Positions 19,750-30,840 of a stretch of DNA of 64,000 nucleotides are shown here, in pieces; the stretch's first letter is position 1, and each line of letters opens with the position of its first letter. Source of the DNA: Trichormus sp. ATA11-4-KO1 (lineage in GTDB: Bacteria; Cyanobacteriota; Cyanobacteriia; Cyanobacteriales; Nostocaceae); NCBI GenBank assembly GCA_019358915.1, contig JAHHIM010000065.1:305453-369452 (forward strand), written 5' to 3'. The position numbers and the translations under genes are program-made. Below the pieces are notes generated by a model. That model was given only the letters and a program-made list of their open reading frames with translations. It had not been told where the DNA came from and did no database searches.

Positions 19750-22083
19750 TCAAGCTGCCCTGTTGTGTGAATACAAATACTGCTGAAACCCAATAAATAC
19801 TTCACTAATATTGGCAACGCTTCCTAGTTCTTCGACAGCATCACGAACAGTATGGTATTTTAACTCCAACAGTTGCGGTAATTTAGTGCGATCGAGTTCT
19901 CCCACGCCGGCTTTAATGTATTGCTCTAGTACAAAATCGAGAAATTCTTGCTGTTTGCCGAGATACTGCGAGAAGATTAAGGACTTGTGAGCAAGGACAC
20001 GCTCTCGGCGGCTGATGGGTGGAGAGGCATAGGCGATATAAGCCAGCACATCATATAAATCGCTTTTCTCGGCATCAATCAGGCGGCTAATTTCTGTAAG
20101 TTGTTCCTCCCCGTAGCCCTTCTCTGCTAGTCCTTCTAATAAAGCTCTACGGGTGTCAGGGCGGCTCCAGATGGCTCTTAATTCATCTTCATCTGTAAAT
20201 AGTTCAGGAATTTCACCAAAGAGACGTTCTACAAATGCTGCGGCGCTCATGGGTTTACCGTCTGGACTCCAGAAGGTGGTAGACATCTGATGCTGGAAGA
20301 AACGTTCTTTGCCATCAGCAAGTTTAATTTTGATTTTTTGAGGGCGGCGTTCTTCTGGAGTTTCCAGGCTACCTTTGTTAGTGTCTTTTATGAAACCTTT
20401 AGTTGTATCTGCACCTTCAGGCTTTTTGACTACTACAGGTTCTTGAGGTTCGCCATCCCACTCAGGATCGTTGAAGTGTTCGTAGGCTTTGACAAAATCA
20501 TAAATAGTGAAGTAGTCTTTCCCTTCAAATAGGCGAGTCCCACGACCAATAATCTGCTTAAATTCAATCATCGAGTTGATGGGGCGCATCAGCACGATGT
20601 TACGAACATTTCGGGCATCAACGCCAGTGGAGAGCTTTTGAGAAGTGGTGAGAATGGTGGGGATAATTTTTTCATTGTCTTGAAAGGTGCTGAGGTGCTG
20701 TTCGCCCAGTTTCCCATCATCGGCGGTGACGCGAACACAGTAATTAGGGTTACTGCTAATCTTCATTTGGTTGATTAAATTCCGCACAGCTAGAGCATGG
20801 GGTTGGTTGGCGCAAAACACCAGAGTTTTTTGATTCTGGTCAATTTCTTCCATGAACAGTTGCACCCGGTAAAGTTCGCGTTCTGCAATTTCGATGATGC
20901 GGTTGAAGTCGGCTTCAGTGTAGGTTCTGGCTTCGTCTACTGCACCTTCGATCAGTTCATCTTCGGTGCTGTAAATATATTCATCTAGAGTAGTTTCGAT
21001 TTGCCTGACTTTAAAGGGAGTAAGAAACCCATCGTTGATGCCGTCTTTGAGAGCGTAGGTATAGACTGGCTCGCCGAAATAAGCGTAGGTGTCTGCGTTG
21101 TTTTTTCGTTTAGGAGTTGCGGTGAGTCCCAGTTGTACGGCTGGGGAAAAGTATTCTAAAATACCGCGCCAGGTGCTTTCGTCACTGGCTCCGCCTCGGT
21201 GACATTCATCAATGATGATGAAGTCAAAGAAATCGGGGGGATAGTCGCTGAATTTGGGTGTAGGATTGCCAGCATCGTCCCGTCCGGTCATAAAAGTCTG
21301 GAAAATGGTAAAAAAGATACTGCCATTTTTGGGGACTCGACCCCGTTTTTTGATGGCTTCGGGGTCGATGCGGACTAGGGCATCGTCGGGGAAGGCAGAG
21401 AAAGAGTTATAGGCTTGGTTGGCTAAGATATTGCGATCGCTTAAAAACAAAATTCGCGGACGACGGGTGGGTTGTCGGCTGAGATTCCAACGACTTTGAA
21501 AGAGTTTCCAGGCGAGTTGGAAGGCAATGAAGGTTTTACCTGTGCCTGTTGCCATCGTTAACAAAATCCGGTCTTGTCCTTGGCAGATTGCTTCTAGGAC
21601 GTGCTTAATGGCATTGTGTTGATAATAACGGGCTTCCCATGTGCCGCTTTTGTCTTCAAAGGGGATAGCAGCAAATAAATCTCGCCATTCATTGGCTTTG
21701 CTAAAGGTCGCTTCCCACAGTTGATCGGGGGTGGGATATTGCTTGATGTAGCCTTCTATCCCTGTGTGCATATCTACTTGGTAGATGCCGATGCCATTTG
21801 TAGAGCAGGCAAATCGAGTCTGTAACTTTTCGGCGTATTTTTTGGCTTGTCCTAAACCTTCGGTATCTTGTAAGTCACGTTTTTTCGCTTCGATGACGGC
21901 GAGTTTCTCACCACGATAAACCAGGACATAATCGGCGATGTCTGATTGAGCGCGTCTACCGTTGCCAACTAAGCGACCAGGGGCGATAACTTCGCGGCGA
22001 ATGCGACTACCTTCGATAACTCCCCAGCCTGCGGCTTTTAGTGCGGGGTCAATTAGTTCGGCACGGGTTTCGGCTTCATTCAT
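19750..22083 (-). CDS. hsdR: Type I restriction enzyme R subunit (EcoAI/EcoEI-like)
   Basis: ADY...VIEAKK nuclease motif, MATGTGKT, DECHRG, GLTATP, QIIGRGTR; EcoEI-type C-terminus. Confidence 0.95.
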   Translation of the reverse strand: MNEAETRAELIDPALKAAGWGVIEGSRIRREVIAPGRLVGNGRRAQSDIADYVLVYRGEKLAVIEAKKRDLQDTEGLGQAKKYAEKLQTRFACSTNGIGIYQVDMHTGIEGYIKQYPTPDQLWEATFSKANEWRDLFAAIPFEDKSGTWEARYYQHNAIKHVLEAICQGQDRILLTMATGTGKTFIAFQLAWKLFQSRWNLSRQPTRRPRILFLSDRNILANQAYNSFSAFPDDALVRIDPEAIKKRGRVPKNGSIFFTIFQTFMTGRDDAGNPTPKFSDYPPDFFDFIIIDECHRGGASDESTWRGILEYFSPAVQLGLTATPKRKNNADTYAYFGEPVYTYALKDGINDGFLTPFKVRQIETTLDEYIYSTEDELIEGAVDEARTYTEADFNRIIEIAERELYRVQLFMEEIDQNQKTLVFCANQPHALAVRNLINQMKISSNPNYCVRVTADDGKLGEQHLSTFQDNEKIIPTILTTSQKLSTGVDARNVRNIVLMRPINSMIEFKQIIGRGTRLFEGKDYFTIYDFVKAYEHFNDPEWDGEPQEPVVVKKPEGADTTKGFIKDTNKGSLETPEERRPQKIKIKLADGKERFFQHQMSTTFWSPDGKPMSAAAFVERLFGEIPELFTDEDELRAIWSRPDTRRALLEGLAEKGYGEEQLTEISRLIDAEKSDLYDVLAYIAYASPPISRRERVLAHKSLIFSQYLGKQQEFLDFVLEQYIKAGVGELDRTKLPQLLELKYHTVRDAVEELGSVANISEVFIGFQQYLYSHNRAA

Positions 22084-22088
22084 AGTCT

Positions 22089-22708
<620 letters not shown>

Positions 22709-22775
22709 TCAAATCTTATGTATTTGATGGTTAATTGGGTTTCGGCTGCATTCAACCTAATGGTTTGCGCTGCAT

Positions 22776-23825
22776 TTATGATGGCTCATCTCTGGAATAT
22801 GGGAGTCGGCGGCGGGCAGATGCGATCGCTTCTTGCAGTTTAGCTTGTAACAACTCTTTAGGTGGTAATACGGTGAGGTATTCGGCGACATGGATGCCGC
22901 TTTTATCTAGTTCTAGCAATTCGATTTGCTCTTGTTTTTTACCTGCACATAAGATGATTCCCAGTGGTGGCTGTTCATCAGGCTCTTGGTCGTATTTGGC
23001 AAGCCAGCGCAGGTAAAGTTCCATTTGTCCTTTATATTCGGGTTGGAAGCTACCTAGTTTGAGGTCAATAGCTACAAGGCGTTTGAGTTTGCGGTTATAA
23101 AACAGCAGGTCAATATAAAAGTCGTCGTTGTCGATTTGTAGGCGTTTTTGACGAGCGACAAAAGTAAAGCCTGCACCAAGTTCTAGTAAGAATTTTTCGA
23201 TTTCCCGCAGGATGGCATCTTCGAGGTCTTTTTCGAGATAGCGATCGCTTAAATCCAGAAAATCTAGAATGTAGGGGTCTTTTAGCAACAGGTCAGGTGA
23301 TACTTGTTGATCTTGGCGCAATTGCTCTAGATCGTGGCGAATGGTTTCTTCTGGTTTGCGGGATAGGGCAGTGCGCTCGAATAGCATGGAGTTGATGCGT
23401 TCTTGCAGTTGACGGGATGACCAACCCTCTAAACAGCAAATTTCGATGTAAAAGTCGCGTTTTAGAGGTTCATCAATATACATTAGAGTTTTGATATGCG
23501 TCCAACTCAATTCTCTCCGCAGTGTGGAGAGAATCTGCTCATCAGCAAAGGTTCCGGCAAAATGTAGACAATGCCGTAGTTGTTTTTCGCTCCAGCCTTT
23601 ACCATAAGTTTGGGTTAGCTGCTGGGATAAAGAAAGGATAATTTGTTTGCCATATTCAGCGCGTTGATTTTGTAGGATTTCGGTTTGGATGCGTTTACCA
23701 ACTTGCCAATAGAGCAGGGTTATTTCTGCATTGATGGCAACGGCGGCGCGTTGTTTAGCAGCATCAATAAACTGTCTGATTTCTTGAAATAGGCGATCGC
23801 TCTGTTGAGGCAGATCATTGCTCAT
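22776..23825 (-). CDS. YhcG/DUF1016 PD-(D/E)XK nuclease-domain protein
   Basis: LLYWQVG, ELSWTH, KDPYILDFL, FLLELGAGFTFVARQKR, IDLLFYNR, IDLK, GQMELYL, GIILC. Confidence 0.92.
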   Translation of the reverse strand: MSNDLPQQSDRLFQEIRQFIDAAKQRAAVAINAEITLLYWQVGKRIQTEILQNQRAEYGKQIILSLSQQLTQTYGKGWSEKQLRHCLHFAGTFADEQILSTLRRELSWTHIKTLMYIDEPLKRDFYIEICCLEGWSSRQLQERINSMLFERTALSRKPEETIRHDLEQLRQDQQVSPDLLLKDPYILDFLDLSDRYLEKDLEDAILREIEKFLLELGAGFTFVARQKRLQIDNDDFYIDLLFYNRKLKRLVAIDLKLGSFQPEYKGQMELYLRWLAKYDQEPDEQPPLGIILCAGKKQEQIELLELDKSGIHVAEYLTVLPPKELLQAKLQEAIASARRRLPYSRDEPS

Positions 23826-24472
23826 GCGGCAATTCCCTCGTTAGCGGTTTTCGTCACCTGGTTAGCGGTGTCTGCGGTGAGTTCGCCAGTAAAGGCTTTT
23901 TGCAGGATGGATTGTTTGAGTTCGTTGAGGGCGGCGATTTTTTGGCGGAAGATGGTTTCGAGGTGTTGGGTTTCAAATGATAATTCTTCTAATTGACAAG
24001 CAATTATTTTTTGTGTTTTCACATCAGGAAATGGAAATCTTTGATTAGCAAATGTGCCAATGTTAATATTATCTCGCGCAGTTCCCTTTCCCTTTTCTTT
24101 TAACTCTGCCTTAAAAGATTGGAGAAGATACTCTACATAATCACTATCTGCAACTTCATTATTGACGATAATGCCAATAACGCTATCTGGAAAGCAGGCA
24201 TCAAAATTGAGAATAGCTGTCTCAGCAACGTTAGCTCCAACAATTGCAATACAGACTGTTCCTTGAGGCCAAATTGCACTCTGTGCTAGTCCTAATTCAT
24301 TTTTAAAGATTTCTCCCTGAGCAACTTCACCACTTAAAAGCCAAGGAATCTGCCCACCTTCATAATATTCTTTCTTAGATTTTAAGGGTGTACCACCTGC
24401 ACCGGTCTTGCATACTTCTCCAATGCACTTAACTTCCCATCCCACTGGCAACTGTTCACTGTCCACTGTCAA
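23822..24472 (-). CDS. hsdS: Type I R-M specificity subunit, half length (single, apparently chimeric TRD)
   Basis: LPVGWEVKCIGEV, GGTP, IPW, PFPDVKTQKII, LKQSILQKAFTGEL; only 216 aa. Confidence 0.85.
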   Translation of the reverse strand: MTVDSEQLPVGWEVKCIGEVCKTGAGGTPLKSKKEYYEGGQIPWLLSGEVAQGEIFKNELGLAQSAIWPQGTVCIAIVGANVAETAILNFDACFPDSVIGIIVNNEVADSDYVEYLLQSFKAELKEKGKGTARDNINIGTFANQRFPFPDVKTQKIIACQLEELSFETQHLETIFRQKIAALNELKQSILQKAFTGELTADTANQVTKTANEGIAA

Positions 24473-25992
24473 CTCTCCACTGTCAATTGCATAATTCCCG
24501 CCAAAATCTCAGCACTCTCTGCATCTAACACAGCAATTTCATCTAAAATTTCCTGCGGTTCTCGTAACGTCGATTCCTCGGCTTTATTTGGATTCTTCAC
24601 CGACAAATCAAACGCCTCCCGATCCACATCAGCAATATCCACCAGCCAAGACTTTTCCGACTCTGCAAACCTAGCCTGTAACTCCACAAACTCCCGCAAA
24701 TCCTCATCATTCAGCGCATTTGTTTTCCCCAAACTACGCCCTGGATCGAGTTGGTAATACCAAATTTTCTGAGTCGCCATTCCCTGAGTTAAAGGTTTTC
24801 CCTGAGAAAATAAAGGCGTTCCCTGAACGGCATCAAAGGGCTTTCCTTTCTCAAAAAACAGCACCACTGTTTTCACCCCCGCACCGATAAAAGTCCCACT
24901 CGGACAATCCAAAATCGTGTGCAGATTGCAACTACTCAAAAGTTCTTGACGCAACGCCCGCGAAGCATTGTCCGAATTTGACAGGAAGGTATTTTTAATT
25001 ACCACTGCCGCCCTACTGCCCATCTTCAGGATTTTGATGAAATGCTGCAAAAACAGAAACGCTGTTTCCCCTGTCTTAATCGGGAAATTCTGCTGTACTT
25101 CCTTGCGTTCCTTCCCCCCAAACGGCGGATTAGCCAAGATGACATCAAAGCGATTCTTGTCTTGAATATCACTGAGATTTTCTGTCAGCGTGTTGGTGTG
25201 GATAATATTCGGCGCATCAATGCCATGCAAAATCATATTCATGATGGCAATCACATACGCCAAACTTTTCTTTTCTTTACCCGTAAACGTATGTTTTTGC
25301 AGAATCTCAAGTTCTTTTGTTGTCAGCTTACCCCGACGTAAATAGTCGTAACTCTCACACAAAAACCCAGCCGAACCACAAGCACCATCATAAATGCGAT
25401 CGCCAATTTTCGGCTTCACCACCTGAATGATTGCCCGAATCAACGGACGCGGTGTGTAATACTCACCCCCATTGCGTCCTGCATTACCCATATTTTTGAT
25501 TTTCGCTTCATAGAGATGCGATAGCTCGTGTTTCTCCTGTTGCGATCTAAACCGTAGCTCATCAATATATTCCAGTGCATCCCGCAAGCTGTAGCCGCTT
25601 TGAAACCTGTTTTTAATCTCGCTAAAAATTTCCCCAATCTTGTATTCGATTGTGTCTGGACTAGTAGCCCGTTGCTTGAAACTCTGTAAATATGGGAATA
25701 ACTTGCGGTTGACATAATCAATCAAATCATCGCCAATCAGCGCATTATCATGATCCAATGTACCATCCGCTTTTTTCGGTGCTGCCCAAGATGACCAGCG
25801 ATGCGCCTCATCAATAATAAATTCGTATGGCTTGCCAACTAGCTCCGCCTCTAACGCCCTTTCCTGCTCCAAATCATCCAAATACTTCAGAAACAGCAGC
25901 CAAGAGGTTTGCTCCGTGTAATCTAACTCTGTAGTACAACCCGCCTCTTTCCAGAGAACATCATCAATATTTTTAAAAGTCTGCTCGAACAT
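24469..25992 (-). CDS. hsdM: Type I R-M DNA methyltransferase M subunit
   Basis: GEYYTPRPLI, YDGACGSAGFL, ANPPFGG (N6-adenine MTase motifs). Confidence 0.96.
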   Translation of the reverse strand: MFEQTFKNIDDVLWKEAGCTTELDYTEQTSWLLFLKYLDDLEQERALEAELVGKPYEFIIDEAHRWSSWAAPKKADGTLDHDNALIGDDLIDYVNRKLFPYLQSFKQRATSPDTIEYKIGEIFSEIKNRFQSGYSLRDALEYIDELRFRSQQEKHELSHLYEAKIKNMGNAGRNGGEYYTPRPLIRAIIQVVKPKIGDRIYDGACGSAGFLCESYDYLRRGKLTTKELEILQKHTFTGKEKKSLAYVIAIMNMILHGIDAPNIIHTNTLTENLSDIQDKNRFDVILANPPFGGKERKEVQQNFPIKTGETAFLFLQHFIKILKMGSRAAVVIKNTFLSNSDNASRALRQELLSSCNLHTILDCPSGTFIGAGVKTVVLFFEKGKPFDAVQGTPLFSQGKPLTQGMATQKIWYYQLDPGRSLGKTNALNDEDLREFVELQARFAESEKSWLVDIADVDREAFDLSVKNPNKAEESTLREPQEILDEIAVLDAESAEILAGIMQLTVES

Positions 25993-26393
25993 TTAGCTTT
26001 ACTGTGGAATTTTTAATATTAACGGCTTGACTCCTATATTGCATCTACAAAATTCAATGAGCATATGATTCTTTGAGTGCTAAATCACGGTTAAAAACTG
26101 TATATAGTTACTTCAGTATAAGACTCCCAGGTCTAGATTGAATTTCCCCATTTATGTAGGTGTAACTCGGTTTTATCACAAAGACTAAAGACTGTCAGGA
26201 TGTTTATTATACAACTATTTCAGCAGTTTTAACCATAACCCTTTAACTCCCCTGCGCCTCTCCACCAGCAAAGAAATCTTTTTTCGCAACCAATTTCTAA
26301 TCGCCTGCTCCAAAGCCGCAGTCTGCGTCTCCAACAGCGTCACTAATTTGCGAACTGCGACATTTAATATGCAAATGTACAACAACGAAAAAA

Positions 26394-26467
26394 TCGGGAT
26401 GACTGGATTCGAACCAGCGGCCCCTTCGTCCCGAACGAAGTGCGCTACCAAGCTGCGCTACATCCCG
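26394..26467 (-). tRNA. trnP: tRNA-Pro (anticodon CGG)
   Basis: Reverse complement CGGGATGTAGCGCAGCTTGGTAGCGCACTTCGTTCGGGACGAAGGGGCCGCTGGTTCGAATCCAGTCATCCCGA folds as a cloverleaf; no encoded CCA. Confidence 0.97.
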
Positions 26468-26617
26468 TTAAAATTAAGCAAAAGCTATCCATAGCATATC
26501 ACAACGTATTGGGAAACTATAAAAATAAATCTGTTGTATATAGATAACTTAATCTCCTCACCAAGAGCTTTGCTTGCTAGGATTAGATTTGTATATCTTC
26601 AGTGGTAAAAGCGGATT

Positions 26618-27487
26618 GTGACTGTTAAACCAGACTGGTTGCGAGTAAAAGCGCCTCAGTGGGAGCGCGTTGGTAACGTTAAAGAAATTTTGCGGGATTT
26701 AGCACTCAATACGGTTTGCGAGGAAGCGTCTTGTCCGAACATTGGTGAATGCTTTCAAGCTGGGACTGCCACATTTTTGATTATGGGCCCCGCTTGTACG
26801 CGTGCCTGTCCTTACTGTGACATTGACTTTGAGAAAAAACCCCAACCTCTAGACCCTACGGAACCAGCACGATTGGCAGAAGCTGTGCGCCGGATGAAAC
26901 TCAATCATGTAGTAATTACTTCTGTCAACCGAGATGACTTGCCAGATGGTGGTAGTTCTCAGTTTGTCCGGTGTATTGAAGCAGTTCGTAGTATCTCGCC
27001 TCAAACCACAATTGAGGTACTTATTCCTGACTTGTGCGGTAATTGGAATGCATTAGAAACCATTCTCCAAGCTGCGCCAGAGGTGTTAAACCATAACACA
27101 GAAACGATTCCACGTTTATATAGACGGGTGCGTCCCCAAGGAAACTACGATCGCACAATAGAATTACTCCAGCGAGCGCGTCAAATTGCCCCTAAGATAT
27201 ACACTAAATCCGGTATCATGGTTGGGCTGGGTGAAACTGACGCAGAAATCCGCCAAGTTATGCAAGACTTACGAGCAGTAGACTGCGACATTTTAACAAT
27301 TGGGCAATATCTCCAACCCAGTCAAAAGCACCTGCAAGTCAAAGACTTTATCACCCCAGAACAATTTGCGGCTTGGCAGGTATTCGGCGAAGAAATCGGA
27401 TTTTTACAAGTTGTTTCCTCACCATTAACTCGCAGCTCATATCATGCTGAACAAGTGAGAGAATTAATGCAACGTTACCCACGTTAG
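26618..27487 (+). CDS. lipA: Lipoyl synthase
   Basis: [26 protein letters not shown]. Confidence 0.97.
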   Translation: MTVKPDWLRVKAPQWERVGNVKEILRDLALNTVCEEASCPNIGECFQAGTATFLIMGPACTRACPYCDIDFEKKPQPLDPTEPARLAEAVRRMKLNHVVITSVNRDDLPDGGSSQFVRCIEAVRSISPQTTIEVLIPDLCGNWNALETILQAAPEVLNHNTETIPRLYRRVRPQGNYDRTIELLQRARQIAPKIYTKSGIMVGLGETDAEIRQVMQDLRAVDCDILTIGQYLQPSQKHLQVKDFITPEQFAAWQVFGEEIGFLQVVSSPLTRSSYHAEQVRELMQRYPR

Positions 27488-27595
27488 GGATTTTGGGGAA
27501 GATGAGGGAAATAAGAGAGTGAAGAAGAAATTTTCCTGTTCCCTGTTCCCTGTTCCCTGTTCCCTTAATACTCTTTTGAGTGGTGATAGATAGCG

Positions 27596-28522
27596 GTGCA
27601 AGAAACTACCATAGCAATTCTTGGTGCAGGTGCTTGGGGTGTAGCTTTAGCAGATTTGGCGACTGCAAACGGTCATCAGGTGCGCTTGTGGTCGCGTCGG
27701 GGGTCAAAAACTTTAGAAGCAGTTTTACAAGATGCTCAAATAGTCTTGTCTGCTATTTCCATGAAGGGAGTCAGAGATGTAGCCTCTCAAGTACAGTCTT
27801 TCCCTCTTTCTGCAAAAACAATTTTTATCACGGCGACCAAAGGCTTAGAACCAGAAACTACCTGTACACCATCGCAAATTTGGCAAACAGCATTTCCTAA
27901 CCATGCAGTAGTTGTTTTATCTGGCCCCAATTTATCTCAAGAAATTCAACAAGAACTACCAGCTGCAACGGTGGTAGCTAGCAATGATGAAGTTGCTGCT
28001 GAACTAGTGCAACTGGTATTTTCTTCCCATCGGTTTCGGGTATATACCAATCCTGACCCCATAGGAGTGGAACTAGGGGGAACATTAAAAAATATAATTG
28101 CGATCGCGGCTGGTGTTTGTGATGGCTTACATCTAGGAACCAATGCCAAAGCGGCTTTAGTTACCCGTGGACTAGCAGAAATTATTCGCATCGGCAATAT
28201 CTGGGGCGCAAAGACGGAAACCTTTTATGGTTTATCGGGTCTAGGAGATTTGTTAGCAACCTGCAATAGTCCCCTAAGTCGCAATTACCAAGTTGGTTAC
28301 CAAATGGCCTATGGTAAAACTCTGACAGAAACTCTAGCAAATCTACAAGGAACTGCGGAAGGAGTCAACACTTGCCAAGTATTGGTAAAACGAGCCAAGC
28401 AGCAAAACATTGCTATCCCAATTACCGAGCAAGTGTATCACCTACTTCAAGGTGAAGTTACACCCCGGCAAGCACTAGAGGAACTGATGCTGCGAGATAT
28501 CAAGCCAGAGTATAACTATTGA
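27596..28522 (+). CDS. gpsA: NAD(P)H-dependent glycerol-3-phosphate dehydrogenase
   Basis: GAGAWG, TKGLE, LSGPN, LKNIIAIAAG, GLGDL..TC...SRN. Confidence 0.96.
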   Translation: MQETTIAILGAGAWGVALADLATANGHQVRLWSRRGSKTLEAVLQDAQIVLSAISMKGVRDVASQVQSFPLSAKTIFITATKGLEPETTCTPSQIWQTAFPNHAVVVLSGPNLSQEIQQELPAATVVASNDEVAAELVQLVFSSHRFRVYTNPDPIGVELGGTLKNIIAIAAGVCDGLHLGTNAKAALVTRGLAEIIRIGNIWGAKTETFYGLSGLGDLLATCNSPLSRNYQVGYQMAYGKTLTETLANLQGTAEGVNTCQVLVKRAKQQNIAIPITEQVYHLLQGEVTPRQALEELMLRDIKPEYNY

Positions 28523-29150
28523 TTCAGTCGGAATATTTTCCGTGCTGATTAATAAATATTGGTCTCTAGCTCCTTTTTCATCGGTTATCACAGTTTCCAG
28601 GTATCTTAAGACATAAACTGGTCATCAAATCCTGACACCAAGAGACTTTCACACCTGTAACCTCTAACCTGTTTCCTGTTCCCTACTTTATTGGTGTACG
28701 CAATTCATGACCACTACTAACTCATTCTTGATAACCTATTACCTCTAGTTATTCCTCAATAATCCTGAGAAAAAAATTAGTAAATCGTCAGGATATTACT
28801 TTCATCGTCATGTAGATATGACTATGCCGATGATAAACATAGTTTTTACTGAAATATGTTTATACCAGTTCCTAACTTAACAGTGAATATCTATCAAGGT
28901 TGAAATGCTAACTAGGTAGTTCGTAATTTAAAGCCTATCTGTAGATGTAAATAGCTATTGTTTCAATCAAACGTTCAGCAGCCGAATAAGTTCGGTACTA
29001 GCGTTTGAAAAAAACTAGTAAAGTTTTTTTTGAAAAAAACTTTACTGGAAACCTCAACCGTGTTAGTTCATCTTGAATCACGGGAACAATAGCAACAGTT
29101 AATTAGCTGACCGTAATCTATTGTTACCTGGAGCCATTGAGACGATTCTT

Positions 29151-30401
29151 ATGCCAGCAACATCTTTTTACACAGATGCCGCCTATAATACCCAAAAGTC
29201 CCACCAGGCTTTGGACACAGAACTCACGGTTGATGACGGTGAGTTGTCGGCAGATGATATCCGAGAGTTGGAAATAGCTGCTGTTGACCCTGCTAACTTG
29301 GCTGGGAATACTAACCGTCGTAGTACAGACTTGGTACGTCTATACCTTCAGGAAATTGGACGAGTTCGGCTATTAGGGCGCGATGAAGAAGTTTCCGAAG
29401 CACAAAAAGTCCAACGCTATTTGAAGTTACGGAATGTGCTTGCCAATGCGGCCAAGCAAGGTGATGAAGTAGTCGCACCATATTTAACCTTAATTGAAGT
29501 TCAGGAGCGTTTAACATCTGAACTGGGACATCGGCCATCTTTGGAGAGATGGGCTAATACTGCTGGTATTAATTTGCCGGATCTGAAACCTACCTTAGCC
29601 AATGGTAAACGTCGCTGGGCAGAAATTGCCAAATTAACAGTAGAAGAACTGGAACAAGTGCAATCCCAAGGACTCCAGGCCAAAGAACACATGATCAAGG
29701 CGAATTTACGCTTGGTCGTGTCTGTTGCTAAAAAGTATCAAAATCGCGGGTTAGAATTATTAGATTTAGTTCAAGAAGGCACTTTAGGCTTAGAACGCGC
29801 AGTAGAAAAGTTTGATCCAACCAAGGGATATCGCTTTAGTACCTACGCTTATTGGTGGATTCGTCAAGGAATTACCAGAGCGATCGCAACTTCTAGTCGC
29901 ACAATCCGCCTACCTGTTCATATTACAGAAAAACTCAACAAAATTAAAAAAGCTCAACGCAAAATTGCTCAAGAAAAAGGTCGCACCCCTACCCTAGAAG
30001 ACCTAGCAATTGAGTTAGAAATGACACCAACCCAAGTGCGGGAAGTATTGCTGAGAGTACCACGTTCCGTGTCTTTGGAAACTAAAGTAGGTAAAGACAA
30101 AGACACTGAGTTAGGAGAATTACTCGAAACTGACAGTGTTACCCCAGAAGAAATGTTAATGCGAGAATCTTTACAAAGAGACTTGCACAGTCTGTTATCA
30201 GATTTAACTAGCCGTGAGCGTGATGTCATTCTCATGAGGTTTGGTTTAGCAGATGGTCATCCTTACTCGTTAGCAGAAATTGGCCGCGCTCTTGATTTGT
30301 CCAGGGAACGAGTACGTCAAATCGAATCCAAAGCTTTGCAAAAGCTACGCCAACCCAAGCGACGCAACCTCATCCGCGACTATTTGGAGTCCTTAAGTTA
30401 G
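29151..30401 (+). CDS. sigC: Group 2 RNA polymerase sigma factor SigC
   Basis: MPATSFY N-terminus, DLVRLYLQEIG, ANLRLVVSVAKKY, YRFSTYAYWWIRQ; directly upstream of furA. Confidence 0.92.
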   Translation: MPATSFYTDAAYNTQKSHQALDTELTVDDGELSADDIRELEIAAVDPANLAGNTNRRSTDLVRLYLQEIGRVRLLGRDEEVSEAQKVQRYLKLRNVLANAAKQGDEVVAPYLTLIEVQERLTSELGHRPSLERWANTAGINLPDLKPTLANGKRRWAEIAKLTVEELEQVQSQGLQAKEHMIKANLRLVVSVAKKYQNRGLELLDLVQEGTLGLERAVEKFDPTKGYRFSTYAYWWIRQGITRAIATSSRTIRLPVHITEKLNKIKKAQRKIAQEKGRTPTLEDLAIELEMTPTQVREVLLRVPRSVSLETKVGKDKDTELGELLETDSVTPEEMLMRESLQRDLHSLLSDLTSRERDVILMRFGLADGHPYSLAEIGRALDLSRERVRQIESKALQKLRQPKRRNLIRDYLESLS

Positions 30402-30840
30402 TCATGAGTCAGTTGTCAGTTGGTAGGGGTAAAGCATTGCTACACCTCTACTGGCAAATGGCCGAAATATGACTAATTCGTCATAGGGCATCGACTGCTG
30501 ATAAAAGCAGGACAATAACAAACTTGCAAGCCTATTTTCTATTCCCTGTTTCTGTTCCCTGCTATACAAGCTTCTACGAATTATCACGATATGATCCCCA
30601 CTTGCCAACCTGCTGAGGCTTGTATGGCGAATAATTTGCATTTAATTATACTAGTTCTTTCCCAGGCATTTTTGCCAAATGTATGGAGAGTAGGGATTGC
30701 TCGTTACTTGATTTCTTGTCAAGTTTTGATGAATTATTTTTGAGCATTTAGTAAAGTTTCGCAATAAGCTATGATTGTTGCAAATTGCTCTAAAAATTTG
30801 TTATATTCTCAACTAATAGGCTTTGTTGAGAAAAATTAGT

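Noticed and set aside
26215..26451. 78-aa minus-strand ORF
   Set aside because: Its 5' part is the tRNA-Pro sequence; not a credible gene as called.
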